Assembly: GCA_965153455.1 (NCBI GenBank)
Contig: OZ234493.1
Span: 15,180,213 to 15,244,212, forward strand
DNA: 64,000 nt
From: Sphagnum compactum
Taxonomy: Eukaryota
Direction: 5' to 3'
Positions 1 to 12,200 of this stretch are shown piece after piece. Both the position numbers and the translations under genes were made by a program. Below the pieces are notes generated by a model. It was not told where the DNA came from. It ran no database searches and was given only the letters and a program-made list of their open reading frames with translations. Within the stretch, counting starts at the first letter, position 1; each line of letters opens with the position of its first letter.

Positions 1-399
1 ATGGTTGTTATAAACACGCACATCTTACCTTGCAAAAAATAAACACACATGCACAACCTTTCTCCACCCAAATCTTGCTACCATGCACACACAACTTGCA
101 AAGCCTCCCTACTTGAGTGAAACCTCATTACTACACCTCACTACCATGCGCATGAATTGAATGAGGTCACTCTCTTGCCATTTAAAGTTACAAAACAATC
201 TCCACTAAAAAAAACCATCACCTCTTCTTTTTGCTCACATCTTTAAAGTTGTTCTTAAGAGCTCACCTAAACCTAGGCGTTGTCATATGTGCAAATAAGC
301 AAGGACCATTTCAAGAGAACTTAGGGTGAAATTCAAAAGAATGTTGATTTTGATGCAAATTTGAATTTCATCGTTGTTATTTTCTTTAATGACACATTG

Positions 400-1480
400 G
401 CATTACGGTTATCAATTCATACAACATTTGGCCAAAATTTCTTACACAAACTTCGAGACATGTCACAAATACCTTTTATAGCATGCTCTTTGACAAGATA
501 TTTGAAGCCCATCGTGCCCAAATTCTATCATGTTCTGGCCCAAGGGCGAGTGTTTGGCTTATAGTTTGACCAATTTTCCCAAACTTTCGACTAACTTCCT
601 CGGTATTTTCCACAATGATTCGAATACAACTTGGACTGCCCCATCCCTCAATTGCAGGTATCTTTCAATGCATGTGCACACATCCCATTGACTTTATGGG
701 TATCCACCTTTTATGTTGTGCTCATGGCAATGAACACACAAGAAGCCATGATGAAGTTCATGACACCTTTGCTGTCATTGTGCGAAATCCTAGCTTCCAC
801 ATGGGGCAAGAACAACTACATGCACTTCCTTCAAACACATTCAACTCCTTTTGTCAATGAGTCGACATTGTGGTCACCAAAGATGGTGTTCACACCTTAT
901 TCAATGTTAACATTGTCAACCCAACACGAGCAGATTTATTTCCCCCATTTTACACCACCCAAAGATTTGCTGCTTCCGATGTGGTTCAAGCCAAAGAACA
1001 GAGCTATCACGATTAACACCTTATTGATCAATTTTTCCCCTTAGCATGAGAGGTATTTGGATGTCTACATAAGCAGGCGGATGTGTTTTTACACAATTGT
1101 GCCAATGTCATTTGGAGTTTGAAAGGACCAAATGGCCTTCCTCTTTCAATCTTGGTTACTTTTCCTTGACAAAAAAATTCAATCACATGGCAAAAGGTGC
1201 AAGCATCCTCCATCTTTAGTTAGGCAATAGTTGTAGGCATAGTTACTTCCTGACTTCCAACCCTTCACAACACATCTCCCATCTCCACAATCGACTTATT
1301 GCAAGTAGCCTTTTTTTGATATGGAAAAATGTGGCCGACCTAATACAAGCGATCGATTTTTGACATGAATAGGTTTTGACATATAGTTTGAGCTAACTTG
1401 ACATCCTGTAAATTTTCCCTTGTCTTTGCATCTTTTTTTTAATCCCTTTGTACATTTTCCTAATCTACAATGTGTCTATC
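400..1480 (+). mobile_element. Degenerate 3' portion of a non-LTR retrotransposon with restriction-like endonuclease (CRE/R2-like)
   Basis: ORF 615-860 reads QLGLPHP..CMCTHPIDFMGIHLLCCAHGNEHTRSHDEVHDTF, a CCHC-type knuckle followed by the HD motif. Across stops and frameshifts it continues *VDIV..TLFNVNIVNPTR..AKEQSY..FFPLA*EVFGCL, the order of motifs in the RLE domain. Boundaries are approximate. Confidence 0.7.
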
Positions 1481-1751
1481 AGCAAAGTTTTACAAGGTTG
1501 CATCATTTTATGTCAAGGTAGATTCTTGTTGTTAAAACTTAGCTCTGAAAAGGATATCCAGTCCTTACACTCTTCTCACAATTGCCAACTCACACCATTC
1601 AAAATCAAGACCCAAAAAAAAAAAAAAAGGCTAAACACCGAATTCGAGAAGTTCAACGAAATGGAAAGTGAGAGCTCAAAGGTGTTGATGTTGTAAGGAT
1701 TCAAGAAACATAGTTGTGGGTGGAAACATGGAAGGGTATGGATCAGTTTTT

Positions 1752-1932
1752 GGATTAGGGTTTAGGGTCTGGTGGAATCTCTATACTAGCAATAAGGTAG
1801 GGTAGGGTCTCTGCCCACAAACCCACCATGCCACTTATTGATAACCTAACATCGCGTTCTTGTTTTGCTGGCAAACCCTAAAAATAGGCCATTGGAATAA
1901 ACCCTAACCCTAACCCTAATCCTAATCCTAAT
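1752..1932. promoter_or_regulatory. Telo-box cluster, probable promoter of the peroxiredoxin-fusion gene
   Basis: TAGGGTTTAGGG at about 1756-1767, AAACCCTAA at 1873, and AAACCCTAACCCTAACCCTAATCCTAATCCTAA at 1898-1931, followed by a CT-rich 5'UTR-like stretch. Confidence 0.55.
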
Positions 1933-2830
1933 TCCACCTAATGCATTTCTCTGCCAGCGGCCATCGCTTTTCCCTGCGCTTCAACAGCGATGGCTGCCAT
2001 CGGAGTCCCTGCTTCGCCTCTCCCTGACCATCGTAGTCCGCTTGTTTCCTCCTCTGAAGTGCTATTGTCATCTTAACTCAGCCGCGACGTTGCAGCTGAG
2101 TTGCAGCTGAGTTGCAGTTTGCAGTTTCGGTAATGGTGGGCTTTGGGATTGCAGTGACGCCATGTTGTGGTGCATGGTATAGAGAGTGTGCTAAAAGGAT
2201 TTTGCATTTCATGTATTGATATATGTAGGATGTGACCGCCGCCGCTTTTGGCTGGTAGTTTGGCCAAGGGAGGAATTCTCTTGAGTTTTGAGGCTCTACA
2301 TGAGTTGAGGTTTTTCATACTTAATGCAATTTCCTTTTCTCTCCTTTGCCATATGGAGTTTTTTCTCCAAGTAAGTGAATGTGATAGTCCATCATCTCAT
2401 CATACATGCAACAGCAGTTCGTCTTTCCTGGATCCTGTATGAATCAGTTTGTGGTTTCCCTATGACGGAGAGTGTTAGTAAATCTGAAGTATGCACAGCA
2501 GGAGCAAGTTGGGAGTTGCAATTTGCCATGAAATCATCCTGTATGGTCAGTTTGCGGTGTGTCCCTATGAGGAAAGTTTTAGTAATCTGAAGCATGCACA
2601 GCAGGAACAAAGTGGACTTCAATGTTGCTCCCTTCAATTGGATGGTTGAGTGATGTTGGTCTGTTAAGTCTTTTTTTGCTGTCTGTGGGCGCATGTGGAT
2701 TATGAGGCATTTGCCAACCGAGGGAGCTGTCTGCACTAGTAGTGTCAGTGATGAAGCATGTAGAGATATTGTGGCGTTGTTTAATGAGACCTAATTCTCT
2801 CTAAAATGTTGGATCACAGTTCAAAGCTTT

Positions 2831-2929
2831 TGCAAACAGTAAGAACAATTATTGCAAAGGGATAGAGAGATACATATACAGTATATGTATCTCTCTATCC
2901 CTTTGCAGAAATTGTTCTTACTGGTTGCA
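2831..2929. repeat. Near-perfect 99-bp palindrome
   Basis: 49-bp arms around the single central base 2880. The inner 27 bp (TGCAAAGGGATAGAGAGATACATATAC) are perfectly complementary, with 3 non-Watson-Crick positions overall. Confidence 0.95.
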
Positions 2930-3806
2930 CCTGTATTCTTATATCTTCTGCAATTGAAGATTTATGAACACTTCAATTGGAAGATTTCTAAACACTTCCT
3001 CAATATATAGCCAAATTATGCCATAGTTGAATGTGCAATGCAGGAATGCTGAACGCCCAATGTTGTATTCAGAGAGATGCTTCAACCAGTACAGCAAATG
3101 CATATTTCCATTGATTCAAGAATTATTGTTAGTTGGCTTAGTGTCTTAGTTATTAGTTATCTCAATGTCGTTTATATTGTGCAGGTAAAGTTGTTTTCAA
3201 ACATTTGACAATGGGAGACTAGAATTTTTGGATATTATGCACTTGAAATGTGCAAGGTCAATGTCAGACAATCTGTTTGCAACTCTCTGATCCAAGACTG
3301 GGGAGTCACAGGAAGATTCAGCCATGGTACTCAACAAAATATAATAGAGATGTAGGTTGCTGAGAAGATCAAGAAGAAAGGAAAAACAAGAACAGAGGGC
3401 AATGCCACATCTGGAGGTTATTGTTCTCCTTTTCAGCATTTTTGAAATAGGGTGGTTTGGTACAAGAATTGAATCCAGTTGGAATGCTCAGAATCATCAA
3501 AAGCTCAGTAGAACATTTGCAATGCAGCTTTGTTCATAATGTTAATTAAAAAAAATGGCAGCCAAATGGGAAAATTCCTTGTGGGAGAAGCACCCAATTC
3601 CCCAAAAAACATTTATCTGTTCTGAAATGCTTTGCAGTTGACAAAGAAAATAGAAATTGCACTTGCATCTGTTGGAACCCATGTGTTTTAAAATTGGGCT
3701 TTGGTGGGAGCACAGGTAGGTTGCAAGTACAAATGGCCTAATAAGTCTTTGTGTGAAGAGCCCCAAGAGATGTGAATGAAAGCTCCATTTTGCAGTGGAC
3801 ACATCC

Positions 3807-3913
3807 TCTAGTAATTAGGGCCTCTTGAGGTGAACAGGCACCCCACCTTAAAGCTTTGTGATTAAGAGCTTAAGATGGGTGCCTCTTCAAGTCAAGAGGC
3901 CCTAATTACTAGA
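3807..3913. repeat. 107-nt inverted repeat / hairpin (MITE-like or pre-miRNA-like)
   Basis: TCTAGTAATTAGGGCCTCTTGA (3807-3828) is the perfect reverse complement of 3892-3913. Imperfect pairing continues inward (TGAACAGGCACCCCACCTTAAAGCT with AGCTTAAGATGGGTGCCTCTTCA) to a loop of about 11 nt. Confidence 0.9.
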
Positions 3914-4023
3914 TGAGTGGTAGAAAGCTTCGGGTGGTGGTGGTAGTGGTGGGTGTGCATAAGCTAAAACTTTGTTTCATGAGCTTTTGAATTTTGTTGC
4001 CTTTGGAATGCAACAACAACAAG

Positions 4024-4851
4024 ATGCCATGCTCAAAGCCAGTTATCCCGAAGAATAGGCCTTTTAGTTGTGGAGATAATTCCCGCAAGTTCCCCTATGT
4101 GGAGGTATGGGGACCAGATGGGTTGCCAAGGAGGTTTGCTCCAGGTACTCGATCAAGTTTTGCAGTAGACAGATTCAACAAGCAGCTGGTGGATGCTGTT
4201 AAACCTGTTGTATGTGTGGAAGCTTGCAAAGATGGTGAGGACCCAATTGAATTTGGACCTGAGGCTGAGCTCATTGCACCTTGTTCATGGGATTTGCGAG
4301 TTGTTCAAGAAGCTCCATTTGCACCAATTGCAGCTGGTGATAAAATCCCCAATGGAGAGCTGACTTACTTGGATGATGATGGTAAGCTGCAGAAGCATGT
4401 TGTGTATGATTTGGTGAGGAACAAAAAGGTCATCTTCTTCGGTGTTCCTGGAGCATTTACTCCAACATGCAGTGTGAAACATGTGCCAGGTTTCATTGAG
4501 AGAGCTGCTGAAATCAAAGACAAGGGAATTGTTGAGATTGTTTGCATTACTGTGAATGATCCTTGGGTTGTCAAAGAGTGGGAGAGGACTTACTACCCAA
4601 CGACAATGACAACAACAAAAAATGAGGATGAACATCTCAAATTCTTATGTGATGGATCTGCAAAGTACACTAAAGCCTTGGGACTGGAACTTGATTTGGT
4701 TGAGCGGGGCATGGGTGTCCGCTCCCGCAGATATTGTTTGCTAATTGATGATCTGTTTGTGAAGATTGCCAACATTGAGGAAGGAGGAGCTCTCCAAATG
4801 TCTACTGCAAAACAAATTATGGAAGACCTTGATTCTGGCAAAGGTTATTGA
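4024..4851 (+). CDS. Type II peroxiredoxin (cytosolic PrxII-like) fused to an N-terminal domain of unknown function; intronless ORF
   Basis: From nt 4321: APIAAGDKIP..KKVIFFGVPGAFTPTCSVKHVPGF..VCITVNDPWVVKEW..GLELDL..GMGVRSRRY..ANIEEGG. The peroxidatic Cys is at 4468-4470 and the second Cys at 4543-4545. About 100 extra in-frame residues precede it. The first ATG is at 4024 (the ORF track starts at a TTG), and an upstream coding exon cannot be excluded. Confidence 0.9.
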   Translation: MPCSKPVIPKNRPFSCGDNSRKFPYVEVWGPDGLPRRFAPGTRSSFAVDRFNKQLVDAVKPVVCVEACKDGEDPIEFGPEAELIAPCSWDLRVVQEAPFAPIAAGDKIPNGELTYLDDDGKLQKHVVYDLVRNKKVIFFGVPGAFTPTCSVKHVPGFIERAAEIKDKGIVEIVCITVNDPWVVKEWERTYYPTTMTTTKNEDEHLKFLCDGSAKYTKALGLELDLVERGMGVRSRRYCLLIDDLFVKIANIEEGGALQMSTAKQIMEDLDSGKGY

Positions 4852-6230
4852 GCGAGTACAAAAAGAATTGCATTTCCTCCTCTATAAGTAGTTTATAATC
4901 CCACTTCAATTTGATTTTTAGTAATGAATTTTGTGCTTTTGCCAGGAAAAACAATCTCTCATGAAAATGAATGTTTCAAGCATAAATAAGGTATCATGTC
5001 TCCTTTTGTGTAGACGGTCATCTTTTTGGTCCATGTAAATTTCCTCTTCTGTACAGATTATTTTGAAGATCATAGATTCTTCTTAGCTTGGGAGCTTGGG
5101 TCCATTCTTATTAATCCAATTCTTGGAGCATTGATTGTATGCTTTTAGAGACAAGAATCTTGACCCAGCTACATAGCATTGATTACATGCTTTGATAGTA
5201 TTGATCTTATGTCAACCACCTAGTCAACACCCACCCCAATGTTAATTAGGCTGATCACCTAATTACGTTGGAAGCTTCAAAGTATATTATACTCATCCAT
5301 GCCAATCTCTTCACACCAAGGTCCCCTGGAGCCATTGACATTCCTAGGGACCCAATATTCACCACATCAGGTACCTGAAAGCAATCCTAATTCATAGCAA
5401 AATACATATATCATCCTAAACCATAGCAAATACACATTAATTGGTTGGTGCCAGTGCAATTTTTTTTGGCAGTCTGTGCATGCACATTTTTTTTGATAGG
5501 TTGATCCTTGGTTCAAAATCCCACCTTTGAATACACAGTTTGCTGCTTATGTAAGATACTAGATTTTGCAAGAGGATTTAGCAACACCCATTTTCCAATA
5601 GACTCTTGGATTGCAGCTTTGAAGCAAGCCTCATTGTACCTACTACCTACCTCATTCATGGAAAAAAACAGTGCCATGGACATGTTGCACAGACCCATAT
5701 AATTGTTGAGCAAGAACCATCCATATTAGCCATGACAAAACCTTGCATTTTGTACTTCGTCTGCAATGACAGACAGCAATTTGAGATGCAGATCTTCCAC
5801 GCTGCAATTGGGTCATCATACAATTGGGTTGTCATCAGAACAAGCTTACGTGATCATCAAAGGCAAGGTACAAACTTTTTCAGGATATAAATTGGAACTT
5901 TGAGAGGCTGGTGTTAAAACAGACCTGTTAATCTCTCCAAAGTTGCACAATTAGTATGCAACTTGATTTGTGTGGCATCAAGTTACTTCCATCGGTAGAT
6001 AATGTTACTAGACACAAAGAGGGGTTGTTGTTGCCACATATGTACAAGAAAATCCCGCATGGTATCTATCTATGGGTGGCTATCAGCAGTAACATTAACA
6101 ATTTGCTGGAAGCTACAGCAGATGAGTAGAAGTGGTTTTTTGTCCAAAGGGAAGAAGAATGGTAGATGAACATATGGGAGGAGAGTAAAAATTTACTGCA
6201 GAAAAGCCACACACCCCACTTTTAAGAACA

Positions 6231-9200
6231 TCAGTCAATGGCCAACGGCATTATGTCCTTCCCAAGAATGGAAGAACCAGAGAACATCATCATTGGCACA
6301 TTGAATGTGAGTTTCTGGAGCTGCAAAACCAACAAACCCAAATGCCCACCCAGAAAAAATTATAATCAATTTCTGCAAAAGAAAAGTAGCAATGAGGAAG
6401 AAGAAACACCTGCCCCAACCATGCAGAAACCCATCAATCAGAATATGGTAAAATGCACAACATACCTGAAGGTCAGAGATTTGATTGAAACCAAACTTGG
6501 TAAGCCAGATGTCCTCTGCACCTGCTGCTGCTGACAACACCAGGTGCTTCACGTGCAACACACCCAGTAATCTCTCAATCGACAGCATTAGTGCTTTACA
6601 ATTTCCCTGCGTGCAAGCATCAATTGCTCTCAGAACCAAAGAGTTTGAGATTTTCATTGCCTCCTGATTCATAACTTTGTAGATTTTCCAATTGCACACA
6701 CACCCCGGGAGTGGACTGATGGTATTTTGTTGGCATATGAAGTAACAGCACCGAAAAGAAGAGGCAAAAAAAAGAAAAAAACCAAAAAAATAGCCTATCC
6801 TCATTTCAGAGAGCAGAGGCAAGAGGAAAAAACCTGGCCTTGATCTTTGGAGCTAGTGGCAACAAGGGGCACCTCTGCAAGCTGACGCCCAAAAATGCGA
6901 ACAAGAGCTGCAGATACTACCTTATCACTGTTGACACACACAATCACTTTGAGAATCAATCCATTGGTCAAGCCATACCTTCAATAATGCCGAAATCAAA
7001 ATGACAGGCACCGGCAGGGCAGAAAGATGGGGAGGGGGCAAAATGGCAGAAGAGAAGTGATGGGGATGAAGCTTACTTGTGCTTCAGCACCACACAGTAC
7101 ATACCCACATACTCTTGATCTTGACAATTTCGGCTGCAAAATGCAAATTGGAAACTCCATAATTACCAGCTAATAGCAGTTGCATCCATGACTACCCCAC
7201 TGACTTCAACAGATCCCAAAGGTGGGTTGTAGAGAAGTATGAAATCATATCTGTCTATACAACATGAGAGGTATATGAAGAAGGTTGAATTTGCCCCACA
7301 CCTGTAGACCATGAAGGGTATCAAATCATCTCGAGGCCTCTCATCCAGATTCATACTAAAGGATTCCTGTAATGATTTTAGATGTCAGTCAAAAGGATTT
7401 GAGGCGCAGCCATGGTACCTACCCAATAACCAGAAACCTGCCAAAAGAGAAACAAAACCAGGGGACTGTAGTCCGTTGCAGAGAGTCTGGGGGGGATGTC
7501 CACTTACTCTGAATATTTCAACAGCTTCAGCAAGAGTTCGCCCATTTGTGGAATCACCACGCCTGCCATGGAGCAGCTGCCATTCAAAAAAGCTCTGCTT
7601 CTTCCTCACATCCCCATTCCTGCTGTCATCCTCCTGCTGCTGCTTTCTTTCCAATACTTGGCCAACAATGCTGTCTGCAACTGGTTCAGGCCCATTGGCC
7701 ACCAGCAGACTCAATATGCTGTGGATATGCTTGCAGTCTTGTCCACAGAACCAATCTCCCTCTGGCAGCTCCTGTGCAGATACACACAATTTCTTTGATC
7801 AAATATTGAGAGGATTGGATACAAAGCATAAACTTTTGAAAACTAGCATTCACATGGTACTGCTGCATTTGAATTTAGACTCTGCTTCGTGCTGCATTCA
7901 AACTTACTGTGAGGTTTGCCAGCCCAAGCTCCTTCAAGCAGCCAACATGGTATTCCTGCTCACACTGATCAAACCCACAAAACACACATTAAGATGTGCT
8001 TAATCCAGTAGGCTGAAAGCAGAGCCCTCAAGAGTTGTTCCTGGAGAACCTATTCCTACATATGAGAATGGTAAATTGGTTGTCATTCATAAAAGCTTTG
8101 CTCCAGCAATGGACATTTTGGAAGAAGGAAACACAAGAATCCCAAAGAATCCACATGAATACATTCACAACCGTATGAGACTGAAAACTGCCAGAAAGTT
8201 CAAATGGGTGACAAGGAAAAAAGGAAAGACTTGTTCTTTTCCTTACTTGGTAACAGAGCAAAATAGTCATCCGACCAAAACCTGACTTGTCAAACTCCAC
8301 CGATCTGAGAAGACAATTTCTCACAAACTTCAGAACTACAGAACCACCTGAAATAGCGTTACATCAAATCAAGCTTACAAAACAAAAGGACTGACAAGAG
8401 AAATGGACACAGGTCTCACTTGCAGAGGACACAACGGCCAATAGTATAACCCTCAGGAACCTTCAACAAGCGGGTACAAGTGGCTTGATTGTTGGTAACA
8501 ATGTCACCAGTCTTCTTAACACCTTCCTTCACAGTTAAGTCATCCTTGCTGTCTGAAATGCCTGCCTGCTGTTGCTGACATTGTGGGCAGTACCAATCAC
8601 CAGCAGAAGGAGGAGCACTCCTCAACCCCGCACAGTCTACCCAGGAGATAACCCATCAAGCACATCAGTGACCTGGGTTGAGCACACAGCCTGCAGAGAG
8701 CTTGCTCTAGGAGGAAAACAATTATCACAGAAAGTGTGAGAACCAGAAGCATACCTTCATGATAAGAACGGGGACAACTTGTGCACAGAAGAAGCTCTCC
8801 ACCATCACCACATTCATTACAATAGACCATACTTTCATCTGGTCTTGGCGCAATTCCTAATTTCTTCAACTTTTGCTGACCCATCAGTGATTGAGCAGCC
8901 AGGTGAAGGGAACGACCATCAGCAGCCAAATAAATGCTTCTGTATCTGTGAAAAAAAGGCATTTTCCGTGAAATGAGTAATCTAAACAAACAGGGTGCCC
9001 CGCCCACACATGCATATTCATGTTGGAAGTAGACATGTTTCAGATATCAAGCAAAAGAAATTTGTATTGACTCTGCTGCAAGGAGGCCCGAGAACCATAC
9101 GGATTGCAACGTGCAGCCCAGCCAGCATGCTGCTCAAACAACCTGCAACTGATCTGCACCAACAACGATTGTAGAAAAATCTCAACGTTGACAAAAGTGG

Positions 9201-12200
9201 TGGATGTGGAGCCTGTAGCTCAGAACAGGATCAGGCTCTTCTAAATGGTGACAAAGAGCTCAAAGTTTAGCAGAAAGCAAAGCACCTTTGAACCTGATTA
9301 CCGAAAGCAAACCACTAATCTCATGCATCTGCCACAGACACTACTCACCATTTGTTGACAGCAATTGCAGTAGATGCCCGCACCTTTCTTCACTCCTGTC
9401 AGGAAACACTGCAAGAGCAAGCTTGATGAGTAAGTCAATCTTTAACCAAGCAAAGACGAGGTCTTTCTTTTGCCTCCTTTGCTGACTATGGATTCTTTCT
9501 TTGTGCAAGAAAGTAAAACATAAAATCGAGGAAAGAAGAACCCATTGTCACTAACCTGGCCTTTCACGTAATAGCCAACCTCGGTATCATCTGGTAAACC
9601 TCCTGGCAAGAAAAGCGCCTTGTAGAAACTGGGTTCACGGATCTCATGGGTGGAGCCCTCAGTCATGCTCACCGGCTCCCTGTTGCTGCTGCTCACCAGC
9701 TCCATAGTGCTGCTCACTGGCTCCTTGGTGCTGCTCACCACCTCTTTGGTGCTCTCAACCCTGCACCAATGCAAGAAAACCATCATATAGGAAGCAGCAC
9801 AAAAGGACAAAATGCTAACCTATGGATCATCACCCAACATAACTTTTTGTACAGACTCCCTTGCAATGTAGAGTGCACATGTCAACTGCATGTGAGCCCA
9901 TGCAAACAAAAGTCCTGCCTTTTGTAATTACCAGAGTGAGTGAGGAGAGAGAAATACACTGACTTCTCGTACCTTGTGACCATTTGCACTGGTTCTTGGG
10001 CAGCAACAACAGCAATGGACCTTTTATCAAGACTTGTTTTTGTTGTCTTCTCTGCGCTCTCACATTTTGGGCACAGCCGGTCACTAGCCAAGGTGCCAAC
10101 ACAGTCTGGAACAGTGGAGAAATTCATGACCATGTATCATCAAGATAGAGCAGCAGTCAACAATCTTTGAAGCAAAACTTGGGTGACAGCAAAATCCATG
10201 TGAGAACCTTTGTTTACTGTAATGAGTGATGTGTGCAGCAGCAAACAGTCCTGACAATTTGCAGCTGAAGAAATTCAGCGATGTGAGTCTCACTGCCATC
10301 CCAAAAACATCAAGAGTTTGAAGCATGCAAAACAGGAAGGTGTACTACCTTGGTGAAATGTGTTAGAGCATCCGCCCTTGGCACATGAAACTAGTCTCCC
10401 ATCCCTTGATCCACACTTGAAGCAAGGTTTCCTTTTCCGATTATTGTTACCGATGATCTCACCAATTGCAGCTTTGATAACTTCCAACACATTCAACTTT
10501 TTCTCTCCCGCATTCCAACCCGCCTTCAGAATATCACGCAAGCACTTGCCATTCTCAATGAAAATGAAATCGCTTGGATGTCGATTTGAGCTACCCGCAT
10601 GCTTCTCAAATGCAGACACGTTGATAACCTTAAGACATTCAACACCCAAACCAACATATAACTACAAAAGAGGTTGTGTGTCTCTCTCCAAGCTTGCAAA
10701 TATCCTCACCCCAGAGAACTTCAACAAAAAAAAACCCAACAGTTGTTTCCCATTTGCCAGTAAAAATGTAAGTCAAGAAAACTACTTCATGATGGCAAAG
10801 GACTGATTTTTGGGCGAGTTGTGGTACCTGCAAACCTCTGCATTCACGGCAATCACATTGAACACCTCCTCCTTGAATTATTCCTGTAAGCATAACCTGC
10901 AAGAGAAGACCAGAAAAGTGGAGAAAATAAGCAAATCTCAACATCACAGCACAGAAAGGTATGGCACCCATAGCTCTAATAATACAACAGAATTCAGGAA
11001 ACAATCAGAGAAACACAATGGAACAGCAAGTGGTTCTTGCTTCATCAATTTCCTTTACTTGTGACCACAACCCATGTAACAACTAACAAGACATGTTTCA
11101 TTTGGATTTTCTGAGTCATGATGTCCTAGAGCTGCCTTAAAGGAAAAGAAACAGCAAAATGGGTGTCTTACATCTCCACCACGACCCACATAACGCACAT
11201 GATGCCCTTCCAGTAATCCTGTTGCAAGCAGCTGTTTAGCTGTGATTGGCACTTCTTTCAACATATTTTCAACTGGAGGTTTTACCCGTAATCGGACCTG
11301 TACAACACAGAAAAATTTGCATTCAAAGAAGTGAGGCAAGTTCTTGAAAGATTGCAGCAAAAATGGTGGAAATGGGAAGCCCAGAAAAACAAGCTTGAAA
11401 AGAGATCCATAGCTCAATGCACATCTGACACATATCTCTGCTGGATCCACAGACCCATTGATATGTGCATGCAATGCCACTATGCAGAGGATACTGAGGC
11501 CAGAGTCAGAACACAATTGTCTAGAGTAGATTAACCTTGATGACAATGGTGACAATGTACTAAAAACTTAACACACACCAACCTTCAAACGAGCAGACTG
11601 TTGTGGCGGTGGCAGTGGTGGGTGGTGCACAGGTGGGCCTGAAACCTCAACTACAGAATCTTGTCTTTCTAAACTGGCCTCTCTGTCTGTGCTCCCTGTC
11701 TCTGGTGGACATTTATGATGACCCTTCTTGAGCACCATACACTTGCTGCATAGACTACTCTTTCTTATGCTGCGAACTCTGCGCACGCTGGAAACACCTT
11801 CATGGTCAGGATACAACTGTGAGAACTGCTGGGTAATGCTTGTTCCTCCTGTTTCTTGGTTCTCAGATTGAACAAGGAGGCTCGTTGTTTGATTCAAGTA
11901 TTGGACAGGAGGAGTTTCATCTCCCATGTAAATGGGTGATTCTGCTTGGGTCATCACCTCCTCTTCCTCATATGCCACATCCATATTGTCAGCTTCCTCC
12001 TCCTCATCACTCATCATGTGTCCATTTTCTTCTTCCATCAGGTTTTGAGAACAGACTCCTGGAACTGCAGGATCATCATCTGTGATTGTTGATCTGACAG
12101 CTACAAGGAGAGGATTCTCAACATGCACATTCTCCTCACTGATCGCACTTTCACTCTCCTCACCCTCTTCTTTATTGGCATCAGTATTTGCTCCTGGTTT

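Noticed and set aside
1898-1931. Telomere or chromosome end
   Set aside because: Only a few degenerate units in a promoter-like context, so these are interstitial telo-boxes.
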